DNA of 55,794 nucleotides from positions 1 to 55,794 of the IMG/VR virus record IMGVR_UViG_3300033149_001822; one strand, 5' to 3'. Shown in pieces: positions 47,617 through 55,794 of this stretch (the stretch's first letter is position 1; the number at the start of each line of letters is the position of its first letter). Made by a program: the position numbers and the translations under genes. The notes under the pieces were generated by a model. The model saw nothing but the letters and a program-made list of their open reading frames with translations. It did not search any database and was not told where the DNA came from. The DNA is from a virus (Duplodnaviria > Caudoviricetes).

Positions 47617-48207
47617 GTGGTTGGAATGGGCATAAAAACGAACATACCTGTACTGTTGAACAAGCTCGACAGAATGAAGAAGCTTGTTGACAAGGGCTGG
47701 CGCAAGGACATCATGAAAGTCATGAGGAGAGCTGAAAAGACAGTTCGAATGCTTACTCCTAAGTCAAAGAGAACAGGCAATCAAGAAGTGAACAAAAAGA
47801 GCAAGTCAGTAAAGAAAAGAGCAGGACATCTTGCAAGTGGATGGGCTATTCACACAATTGGCAGAGGCAAAAAAGACAGAGCGCCAATGCTAATGGTCAT
47901 ATACAATAAGATGACACATAAACCCTCTGGCATTCCATTGAAGAGAGCTTTAGTCAAGGTCAAGAAGACGGGTGAAGTAAAACCTTATACTGTGCTTAAC
48001 ATTCTTGAGTTCGGATCAAAGGCTCATGTCATAGTTCCTGTGGTTGGAAAAGCCCTAAGGTTTGTCACTGAGATTGGAACAGTTTTTACGAAGAGTGTGG
48101 CACACCCCGGCACTCGGGCATATGGGATGGTGAGGCTTACGACGATTAAGCTTAGACAGTGGATGCGAGAGTTGAACAATAAATGGCGGAGGAAATTTTT
48201 CAAATGA
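47617..48207 (+). CDS. Neck/tail-completion protein (HK97 gp10-like)
   Basis: TP...GHLASGW...LEFGS..H.I...KALRF...V.HPGT. Confidence 0.7.
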   Translation: MVGMGIKTNIPVLLNKLDRMKKLVDKGWRKDIMKVMRRAEKTVRMLTPKSKRTGNQEVNKKSKSVKKRAGHLASGWAIHTIGRGKKDRAPMLMVIYNKMTHKPSGIPLKRALVKVKKTGEVKPYTVLNILEFGSKAHVIVPVVGKALRFVTEIGTVFTKSVAHPGTRAYGMVRLTTIKLRQWMRELNNKWRRKFFK

Positions 48208-48713
48208 CAGTTCCTGCAAGAAGAGATTTTGACAATCATACTTTGTCGATTTTCAAGTTCATCAAGGATAATGTCGAAACGCCATACGGTATAAAGGTCA
48301 ACTATGACGACGAGACATACGATGTGAAAGGTTACAATCAGTGGATTGACGTTAGCTTTCTTTCGTTTGGAGCAGGCAGGAAGGATTCAACAGTGGTCCA
48401 GTTCGATGTGTATTCCCGTATCCGTGGGAAGATACCGGGAGGTGACGAGCAGAAGGTGGAATTATCACTCGTTGCAAACAAGCTCTATAAGGCTATGCAT
48501 GTTGATTCGATCCAGGTTTATGATTACACAATTCTTGCCAGTCCAGTGCTCATAAGCGGGGCGAAGTTGATGATTCAAAACAGCAGCGGGACGTTTAGGG
48601 AACCGGAGTCCGACCAGATGATGGAAACCGACAACGACGTTGCACGAAGGAGCCTGACATACAGGCTCAGGATGGTCGAGGATGCAAGCAACGCGCCCTC
48701 GTACTACGACTAG
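48204..48713 (+). CDS. Tail terminator (putative)
   Basis: VQFDVY motif; synteny. Confidence 0.55.
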   Translation: MTVPARRDFDNHTLSIFKFIKDNVETPYGIKVNYDDETYDVKGYNQWIDVSFLSFGAGRKDSTVVQFDVYSRIRGKIPGGDEQKVELSLVANKLYKAMHVDSIQVYDYTILASPVLISGAKLMIQNSSGTFREPESDQMMETDNDVARRSLTYRLRMVEDASNAPSYYD

Positions 48714-48723
48714 GAGGTGCTAG

Positions 48724-49269
48724 GTGTACTCAGGCTTCACAAAGGAAGGTGGGGTAGACATATCGGCATACCTCGTGGGAAGTTGGAGTGAAATCATTGC
48801 TGAGGTAGGAGCGACTGATTATCAGATCGGGAATTGCCCTGAAGGGGTTCTCGAAATCAGCAAGGAATATTACCAGCATGAGGACACGAGTTTCCCGAGG
48901 AAGATCGATTTGGTCGTCCCTGTCCGCACTGGAATGAAGTTCACCGGGACCGTGGAGGAAGTTCATAACCAGAACGTGAGCTGGCTGTTGGGTCAGAGTT
49001 TGAACCCGATGCAGAATTATATTTATGTCGGAGCCAGATCGAACAGTTACTTTTTCACGTTCAGAGGTAGACGGGTTAGGATTTCCGATGGAGCAGTTAT
49101 GGAGTTTTGCATGTGGAAAGCCATGGTTTCATCGTTATTCTCTTTGGGGAGTGGCGACGAGGCTCAGGGCAGTCCAGTAGAGGTTATAGGACTCGATGAC
49201 ACGGCAGCTGCTTATGGTGGTTCAGCCGCAGCTCCAATCGGTTACGTGTGGGTTCCAGACAAGGCGTAA
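48724..49269 (+). CDS. Major tail tube protein (putative)
   Basis: Beta-rich 181 aa, followed by a terminator, chaperones and the TMP. Confidence 0.65.
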   Translation: MYSGFTKEGGVDISAYLVGSWSEIIAEVGATDYQIGNCPEGVLEISKEYYQHEDTSFPRKIDLVVPVRTGMKFTGTVEEVHNQNVSWLLGQSLNPMQNYIYVGARSNSYFFTFRGRRVRISDGAVMEFCMWKAMVSSLFSLGSGDEAQGSPVEVIGLDDTAAAYGGSAAAPIGYVWVPDKA

Positions 49270-49311
49270 ACCACTAACACGAGACTCGCCCTCGGCAGTA
49301 TCAGAATTATT

Positions 49312-49341
49312 TGACAGTCGGCCATGTGGCTGTCATTTTTT
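49312..49341 (+). terminator. Intrinsic terminator after the tail tube gene
   Basis: TGACAGTCG-GCCATG-TGGCTGTCA-TTTTTT. Confidence 0.75.
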
Positions 49342-49342
49342 C

Positions 49343-49396
49343 TATCAATCTGTTTAACGGTGTTAAACAAAAACAGGAGAAAAAACAAATGGGCAA
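49343..49396 (+). repeat. 54-bp exact direct repeat, copy B (palindrome copy 7 at 49351-49369)
   Basis: Identical to 24700-24753. Confidence 0.95.
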
Positions 49397-50048
49397 TCTG
49401 AGCGAATTCAAGGATTTCATTCCAAACTCAAAAGAAGTGCTGGTAGGGACTAGCAAGATAATGGTCGTGGACGAGTTGTCCATCATCAAGAAGGACCAGA
49501 TCATGCGGATTCTTCTTGAGACTCTTGACGTGGCAAGTCTCTTGAAGCCTTTCTTCGAGCTTATGGATGACTATCGTGCAAGGAAAGAGAAAGCTGTCAA
49601 AGATGCAATCAAAGCGGAAGCTGCTGGTGAACAGGATGAAGTTGATGAAGAGGTCAAGAAAGCCATAAAGGAATTTTCAAAGTCAGTCTTGACGGACTTT
49701 CTTCCGATGGCCGGTCAGATAAAGGACATCTGTTTGAAGTTTCTGTCCAACGACATGACAGCAGTTTCGTGCATAGTCCTGGACACTGAGGCAAATAGGA
49801 AGATTGCAGAATTAGAAAGTGACAAATTGGAAAAAAACAAAGAGTCTGGATTTGAATATTGTCCAGACATGTTTTCATATGTACAAAAATACCTAACTCC
49901 GAAGCAGGAACAGCAAATGTTCAAGATGTTCCTTGAGGTGAATGACTTTGCTGGTCTGGTAAAAAACTACTGGACCCTCGTGGCGGGGCAGATGAACGCG
50001 GCGAGGGAGGAAAAAAGCGCAAAGGAGAATCAACCAGTTTTACAATAA
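49389..50048 (+). CDS. Tail assembly chaperone (G-like)
   Basis: ATG 49389 after AGGAG; lies between tube and TMP; slippery site near the end. Confidence 0.7.
   Translation: MGNLSEFKDFIPNSKEVLVGTSKIMVVDELSIIKKDQIMRILLETLDVASLLKPFFELMDDYRARKEKAVKDAIKAEAAGEQDEVDEEVKKAIKEFSKSVLTDFLPMAGQIKDICLKFLSNDMTAVSCIVLDTEANRKIAELESDKLEKNKESGFEYCPDMFSYVQKYLTPKQEQQMFKMFLEVNDFAGLVKNYWTLVAGQMNAAREEKSAKENQPVLQ
49961..49967 (+). other. Programmed -1 frameshift site A AAA AAC
   Basis: In-frame X XXY YYZ heptamer; the -1 frame is open into 50048..50362. Confidence 0.75.
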
Positions 50049-50362
50049 TGGAGATAATAACAATAGTCGCGACCATAAGAAACACGACAGAGGAAAGGAT
50101 AGTAAACGATTACACGTACCGGCAACTGATGCATGTAGGAATGACGTATCTGAAGGACAAGATGTATGTCTTGTCAATCATAGGCGATGCAATGAGAAGT
50201 GGAAAAGGCAAGACGCAGCAGTTAAGAGGTGAGCTTCCATCGTCAACCGGGAGACTTCCATCGTGGTTCAAACCGAGGACAGACAGGCCATATGAGGTGA
50301 TTGATCTTGACAAGACTCCGATAAAGAAACTCAGGTTGGACATAGGCAAATATTTCGGGTAA
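50048..50362 (+). CDS. Tail assembly chaperone (T-like frameshift extension)
   Basis: In the -1 frame of the upstream gene; precedes the TMP. Confidence 0.65.
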   Translation: MEIITIVATIRNTTEERIVNDYTYRQLMHVGMTYLKDKMYVLSIIGDAMRSGKGKTQQLRGELPSSTGRLPSWFKPRTDRPYEVIDLDKTPIKKLRLDIGKYFG

Positions 50363-50381
50363 ATGTTTTGGGAGATAAAAA

Positions 50382-53300
50382 GTGGCGTCACAAAGAGAAG
50401 ACCTTATAATAGGTTTGAAGGCCGAGCAAGGAAACATGATTTCCATGCTCGACAAGCTCTCCAAGTCTTTTCACAATCTTGAGAAAGATGTTGAAAAACT
50501 GTCGGGAGAGACTGTCAAGGCAGGGAACAAGATGGAGAAGGCTTTCAGCAAGGCTGCTGGAGGCATCAAGAGGATGGCTGGCAGGATGATAGCCATGCTC
50601 GGTGCTGGAGGCCTCATAGGTGTCATCTACAAGGCTGTCGGTGCCGCGAACAGCTTTGAGACAGCGCTGGCCGAGGTGTCTACCCTTCTTGGTAAGGACG
50701 CTCCCGCACAGATGGAGAAATATCGAAGTTCCATCATGGCGCTCGCCAAGGATTCGTCTGCCAGTGTAGACGAATTGACCTCCGCGCTCTATCAGACAAT
50801 TTCAGCAGGTGTTGAGGGCAGCACGTCTGTTGCTGGAGCAATGAAACTTGTCTCGACAGCACAAAAGGCCGCTGTCGCTGGAGTATCCGATACGTTCTCT
50901 GCGGTAGACGTTCTGACTACTGCCCTCAACTCGTACAACAAGTCCACAGAGTCGGCAATGGAGTTTTCGGACAAGCTCTTTACTGCCGTCAAATTAGGAA
51001 AGATCAATTTCACTCAACTCGCACAGGGCCTCGGTGTGGTTGCGTCTGTAGCAGCAAGTTCTGGAGTGTCCTTTTCAGAATTGAATGCTTCATTGGCAGC
51101 CATGACAAAGGGTGGAGTCATGCCTGCCCGTGCGTTCACTTCTTTGAACGCAATCATAAAAGCATTTACAACAGAGAACAAAGAGCTTACGAAGGCTCTT
51201 GGTGAGTCTGCCACAACAATCCTTAGGCGTGATGGTTTGATTGGTGTCCTTGAGAAACTTAATGAAGTTACCAAAGGTGATGCCATTGAGATGCGTAAGT
51301 TGATCAAGGAACAGGAGGCGATGACTGGTATCGCTGTCTTGGCAGGGACTGGAATTGATAACATGCGTTTCGCATTGGAAGAGATGGAAAAGTCTTCTGG
51401 TGCAACCGAGACTGCATACAAGAAGATGTCCGACACGTTCGCGCAGAAAACAGCAAAATTCAAGAATCAGGTAAATGATATTTTCATCAAAATTGGAAAC
51501 AAGATATTGCCGATCTTGATGGAGAAGATGGAAGGTGTTGGAAAGTGGGTTGACGAAAATCAAGAAAAGATAGTGAGTTTTCTGATTTCTGCTATTGACG
51601 CTGTTGTAGGTTTTGGTGAATGGATAATTGAGAATGGACCGGTGATTGTAACCGTTTTGACTTCAATTTTTATAACGACAAAAATAGTATCTTGGGTTGC
51701 TGCAATTGGTAAAGCATCTGCGGCTGTAAAAATATTTGGATTGTCGGCAAAAGTTGCAGCAGGATTATTCGGCTTGTTGGCATCGGCTGTTACATTTGCA
51801 GTTGCGACAAGAGGTGGTTTGCAAGAGTGGTTTAAGGATGCTGCTGCAAATAAAGAGTGGGATAATTTGGTTGATCGAATTAATACTAAACTAGCATTTC
51901 AATTTACAATATTAAATAGGATGCAACAGAAGTTCAAAGATGCTTTTGATGAAATGACTTTTGGTACATCAGAGTTTGTACCAGAGGGTGAAACTGAAGC
52001 TGAAAAGAAAGCGAAAGAAATTTTATCCAAGGAAGAGGAAAAGAAACGAAAAGCTGCTTTGAAAAAAAGATTGGCAGAACAGAAAAAAGCAGATGCAATG
52101 TTGAAAGCTTTAAGAATAGCAGACATGAGTGAGCTTCAAAAGCTCGAACAGAAGTATGCTGATGATTATATTAAATTTCAAAAAGCCAATTACAAAAATG
52201 AGAGTGACCGTGACAAAGCTTTCGCATTGTTAGACAAGAAATTTGCAAAAGACAAAGAGAAGCTTCTTGTAAAATTAAGAGATATACAAATCAAAACTGA
52301 TGAAAAACATCTGAAGGAATTGCAAAAGGCTTACAAAATTGAAAAAGAAATAAAAGATTTTCAAGATAAATACTTGGAGGATCAAAAAACAAAGTCAGAA
52401 GAAGCTTATCAGAGATATAGAGATATGCGTGCCGAATGGACTGCAATGGCACAACAAAAATGGTTAGAACCAGGAATAAAAAGAAAAAAAGAGGAGGAAG
52501 AAAGTAGAATAAAAGCGCAGATAGAGTATGATGAATCACAATTTTCTGGAGTAAAAGAATTTTTCAATCAATTCACTTTTGAAGGTCTTAAAGAAAGTGT
52601 AGACAATTTTGCTACTAGTTTTTTATATAGGATACAAGATGGTCTTTTACAAATAGCTCAAACATCAGGTGAGTTATTTGTAAAACCTCTTAACCAGATT
52701 ACAGACATCTTGTTAGCAGTGCTTAGTGGAGCTGGTGCAGGTCAAGTTGAGGACATGGTTGGCCAGGCTGTCACGTTTTGGGAAAATATGGTTAATAATC
52801 TTGACCCGATACTTGCATATCTTGCAGAGGAAGGTGTCCCCAGAATAATCAATGCTGCAGTGAACGCGATTCCCACAATTATTTCTGCGATCATGACGCA
52901 TGTTCCTAGAATAATCGCTCAGTTGGCTGGTGCAATTCCGCTTATCATTACGGCTTTTGTAAATGGGTTGCCGGAAATTATCTCGGGTATAATCGGGATG
53001 ATTCCAATGGTCATCAATGCTTTCATAGCAGGCATACCGCAGATCATTTTCGCTTTCGTAAAGCAGATTCCCATGATAGCGATGGCGCTCGCCAAGGCCG
53101 TCGTCGAGGCAGTGTTAAACATGGTTTCGTTGGGTGCGTTTGGCAAGAAAAAGGGTGGAGGTAAGGGAGGTATCCTGCCGGGTATAGGAAAGGGAAAGGG
53201 GACTGAGCAGGAACCTATTGTCACGACCGAGCAGAAGAAGGAAGAACTTGCCAAGAAGGGATTTAACATAACACACGTCGCGGCCATGAAAAGCCATTAT

Positions 53301-53780
53301 CGGGAATCTTTGTTTGGTGGTCCAAATGAAGGTGAGTCAAATGAAGAATACAAAGAGAGACTTGCTCGCATGAAACATTATTTGGAGATGGCTGGCGAGA
53401 TGCACCAGGGAGGAATGGTTAGAAGGGCTGTCAATGCAGCTAGCAGGATCGGGAGCGCGATAAAGGCTCATGCAGGAATGTTCATTGGTCCTTCCTTAGC
53501 GGCTGACGAGGTTCCTATAATTGGCAGGATCGGGGAATCCATATTGAACCCGAATGCCACGGCTGCAATAGGCGGTGAGAAGGGTGTTAATGCTTTGAAC
53601 AGTGGACAAGGGGTTGGTGACACTCACTATCACATGGAATGGAGGCCACAACATGCGTTCGTCGAGGAAAGTGGTAGGGTGATTGACAGGATGCAGTCGG
53701 AACTGATTCGACAAAAGGTCGGAGGGGTGTACAAGACAATCAACAAGAATGCTGTACCGGGTTTCAAAACGAGGAAATGA
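50382..53780 (+). CDS. Tail tape measure protein (TP901-like)
   Basis: FETALAEV...LYQTISAG...AVKLGK..F..L; helical and 11-mer repeats; MHQGG...AADEVPII..GE.ILN. Confidence 0.9.
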   Translation: MASQREDLIIGLKAEQGNMISMLDKLSKSFHNLEKDVEKLSGETVKAGNKMEKAFSKAAGGIKRMAGRMIAMLGAGGLIGVIYKAVGAANSFETALAEVSTLLGKDAPAQMEKYRSSIMALAKDSSASVDELTSALYQTISAGVEGSTSVAGAMKLVSTAQKAAVAGVSDTFSAVDVLTTALNSYNKSTESAMEFSDKLFTAVKLGKINFTQLAQGLGVVASVAASSGVSFSELNASLAAMTKGGVMPARAFTSLNAIIKAFTTENKELTKALGESATTILRRDGLIGVLEKLNEVTKGDAIEMRKLIKEQEAMTGIAVLAGTGIDNMRFALEEMEKSSGATETAYKKMSDTFAQKTAKFKNQVNDIFIKIGNKILPILMEKMEGVGKWVDENQEKIVSFLISAIDAVVGFGEWIIENGPVIVTVLTSIFITTKIVSWVAAIGKASAAVKIFGLSAKVAAGLFGLLASAVTFAVATRGGLQEWFKDAAANKEWDNLVDRINTKLAFQFTILNRMQQKFKDAFDEMTFGTSEFVPEGETEAEKKAKEILSKEEEKKRKAALKKRLAEQKKADAMLKALRIADMSELQKLEQKYADDYIKFQKANYKNESDRDKAFALLDKKFAKDKEKLLVKLRDIQIKTDEKHLKELQKAYKIEKEIKDFQDKYLEDQKTKSEEAYQRYRDMRAEWTAMAQQKWLEPGIKRKKEEEESRIKAQIEYDESQFSGVKEFFNQFTFEGLKESVDNFATSFLYRIQDGLLQIAQTSGELFVKPLNQITDILLAVLSGAGAGQVEDMVGQAVTFWENMVNNLDPILAYLAEEGVPRIINAAVNAIPTIISAIMTHVPRIIAQLAGAIPLIITAFVNGLPEIISGIIGMIPMVINAFIAGIPQIIFAFVKQIPMIAMALAKAVVEAVLNMVSLGAFGKKKGGGKGGILPGIGKGKGTEQEPIVTTEQKKEELAKKGFNITHVAAMKSHYRESLFGGPNEGESNEEYKERLARMKHYLEMAGEMHQGGMVRRAVNAASRIGSAIKAHAGMFIGPSLAADEVPIIGRIGESILNPNATAAIGGEKGVNALNSGQGVGDTHYHMEWRPQHAFVEESGRVIDRMQSELIRQKVGGVYKTINKNAVPGFKTRK

Positions 53781-53781
53781 C

Positions 53782-54288
53782 ATGGCTGACCATTATGGGA
53801 TAAAGATACCGACTCATCATGAAGTAGCTAAAGTGTTGGAGGAGTCACATCCGGACATCGCTGAGTTTGTTTCAAGGGTCGGGACCGAGGCAAAAGACAC
53901 GAACTGTTGGGGTGACATGGTATTCATCGTTCAACGGGACTTTCCGTTGATGGATGTTGCAAGTGCCTTTCGCAGGTTGGAGTTGAAGGGATGGGGTTTG
54001 TTTATTTGCAAGGTGTTCTGTCCCGTGACGGAGGAGATGGTAGACAAGTTCCGTGCCGCGAAGCATGAGGAAAAGGAAATAGAAAAGCTTCCATGGTTGC
54101 AGCGAGTGGTCAGGAGACAGACCGTGCTAGGAGGTCTTGCCGGGGCTGTCCTGAAGACCTGGATGAGAACCAGGCGCGAGTGGATGAAGGAACACAATGT
54201 GTTGAGCAATCATGATCCTGAATTCATGAACAAGATTGTCAGGTATTTAAGAGACAGTGAAAAAGGACAGGAAAAATGCGTAAAGTAA
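53782..54288 (+). CDS. Hypothetical protein
   Basis: GAGG RBS before ATG 53782; coupled to the next gene. Confidence 0.6.
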   Translation: MADHYGIKIPTHHEVAKVLEESHPDIAEFVSRVGTEAKDTNCWGDMVFIVQRDFPLMDVASAFRRLELKGWGLFICKVFCPVTEEMVDKFRAAKHEEKEIEKLPWLQRVVRRQTVLGGLAGAVLKTWMRTRREWMKEHNVLSNHDPEFMNKIVRYLRDSEKGQEKCVK

Positions 54289-55794
54289 TGGCTGACATAG
54301 TTGCCGAGGCTTCTCAGTTTATCGAGACACCAAATGCCGCTAGTAAGATCATGAAAATACCTGAGGCTGCTAGTGGCAACAGTGGCAGGAGTGGAATAGT
54401 ACCTGTTGGCTCTCATATCAGATCAAAGCAGTCTATGGAGGTTGAAGTTGAGAAGAGTGGGACTTTCCCATCGTTCAGGAAGGATGACGGTGCTCGTTTC
54501 AAGATAAAGTTTGACGAGCTTTTGAATGATGACGGCGACGAGGTTTGTGATGATTACACTTGGACAGGTGCAGAACGAGGGACTATACCAGGTTATGTTC
54601 AACAGTTGACAGACGAAGTTGGGGAAGCTGTTTTGACCTCGCCAAGATTGTTGGAACTGGAGAAGTGGAAGAATTTAGATTCTTCAAAAGGTCTTGGAGG
54701 ACTGTTGGGGGTTACCAGGGAGTCCGGTGGAGTTGTCAGTATTCTTTTCTACGTAATGTGGGAGTATAATGATTTTGGAGGTCTTGCTAGTGACGAGATG
54801 TCGTACGAGTGGGAACAATCATCTAATAGGACATTAACATCTGGCATTACAGGTGCTGCTCTAACACCTTCGTTCGACATGGTAGAGATGGAGGATGGTT
54901 CAATTGTCGTGGCATTATATAATGGCGACGGTGAAATAATGATCTATAGGTCATTCGACACAGGGACTAACTGGATGTACTTAGGAGATGCTGTTATATC
55001 AGGTTTGAATGAACGGAATTTTGTTTCGTTGAATAGGATTGGAAGTCGTTTGGTTTTGGTATATGCGAGTCATGACGGTGCTGACACGAATGTTTATTCT
55101 CGCTATTCAGATGATGGTGGTTTTACGTGGTCCGGTGCTGTAGCTGTTTATCAAGCAACGGTTGCAGCCGACTTGAACTACACTGACATGGTAATGGGAC
55201 AAGATGGAGTTCTTTACTTGATGGTAGTAAGCGCGGGAACAATTTGGACGGTAGTAACTTTGGACGGTGTGAATTGGGACACTCCTTCGAATTCTGCGGA
55301 AGCTCTAACCGGGAACATGTCATTTTTCCAAAAACCAAACGGTCGATGGGAGATGTACTATGTGAAGGATGACGATGGATACATGATACCTTCTCATGGA
55401 GTTCGTGAGGCTTCCGACAATCCAAGAGGTGGCTATTCCCCGGCAGCAAATAGTGCCTGGTTGTGCAGGAATGCTGGCGACACTGATGGGATGGATTCAG
55501 ATGAGGTTGCCGCCAGGACATTTTTGAATGGTGGTTATACTGATGTTGCTGTTATCTGGCACGATGACCATTCTGGAACAGATTTTTATTCGTTGCAAGT
55601 AATCAGGACCTCAATGTGGTCAGGCTTGCAAGTTGAGTTTGATAATGAGTATGAATTTGGAGCGTGTTGGTTCCCGCACGGATATCCTTCAACGAATGAT
55701 GGTCATCCCAATATGAACTTTTGGAGTGAGGCACAAGGTGGTGATGGTGCGTGTGACCTAGAGGTAGGTGGAAACTTTAGGCATTTGGAGATTA
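54288..55794 (+). CDS. Tail-region protein with BNR/Asp-box repeats (beta-propeller); 3'-truncated, not in the ORF track
   Basis: Starts at ATG 54288 (MADIVAEASQF) and appears open to the window end; RSFDTGTNW, YSDDGGFTW, TLDGVNW. Confidence 0.75.
   Translation, partial: MADIVAEASQFIETPNAASKIMKIPEAASGNSGRSGIVPVGSHIRSKQSMEVEVEKSGTFPSFRKDDGARFKIKFDELLNDDGDEVCDDYTWTGAERGTIPGYVQQLTDEVGEAVLTSPRLLELEKWKNLDSSKGLGGLLGVTRESGGVVSILFYVMWEYNDFGGLASDEMSYEWEQSSNRTLTSGITGAALTPSFDMVEMEDGSIVVALYNGDGEIMIYRSFDTGTNWMYLGDAVISGLNERNFVSLNRIGSRLVLVYASHDGADTNVYSRYSDDGGFTWSGAVAVYQATVAADLNYTDMVMGQDGVLYLMVVSAGTIWTVVTLDGVNWDTPSNSAEALTGNMSFFQKPNGRWEMYYVKDDDGYMIPSHGVREASDNPRGGYSPAANSAWLCRNAGDTDGMDSDEVAARTFLNGGYTDVAVIWHDDHSGTDFYSLQVIRTSMWSGLQVEFDNEYEFGACWFPHGYPSTNDGHPNMNFWSEAQGGDGACDLEVGGNFRHLEI

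Noticed and set aside
49311-49388. ORF-track N-terminal extension (also 44724, 14104, 5363, 21489)
   Set aside because: These overlap terminators or upstream genes; downstream ATGs fit the RBS and gene packing better.
53112-53121. Further palindrome copies (also near 14633)
   Set aside because: Half-sites only, inside coding sequence.
1-55794. Stop-codon reassignment, integrase or prophage boundary
   Set aside because: Genes tile densely under the standard code with all three stops used; no integrase or host genes seen.

Overview
A 55.8 kb segment of a large tailed dsDNA phage (Caudoviricetes); essentially all credible genes are on the + strand. Order: an AT-rich putative DNA-modification pair (TAGT-like glycosyltransferase, radical SAM); many small early-type ORFs, TerS and a Dam-type methylase; TerL; a T4 gp20-like portal with a 380-aa HNH intein; a MuF-like protein; a gp21-like protease/scaffold; a gp23-like capsid protein; five consecutive Cys-rich fibre/lectin-like proteins that all start with Sec-type signal peptides; a free-standing HNH gene; a head-tail adaptor; an 11.5 kb glycosylation cluster inside the neck genes; then a siphovirus-type tail (tube, frameshifted chaperones, tape measure, Asp-box protein). 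The best candidates for undescribed biology are the signal-peptide virion-type fibres, the large glycosylation cluster in the morphogenesis operon, and a palindrome (TGTTTAAC-N3-GTTAAACA) found at seven intergenic sites. All family calls come from motif recognition by eye; no searches were run.
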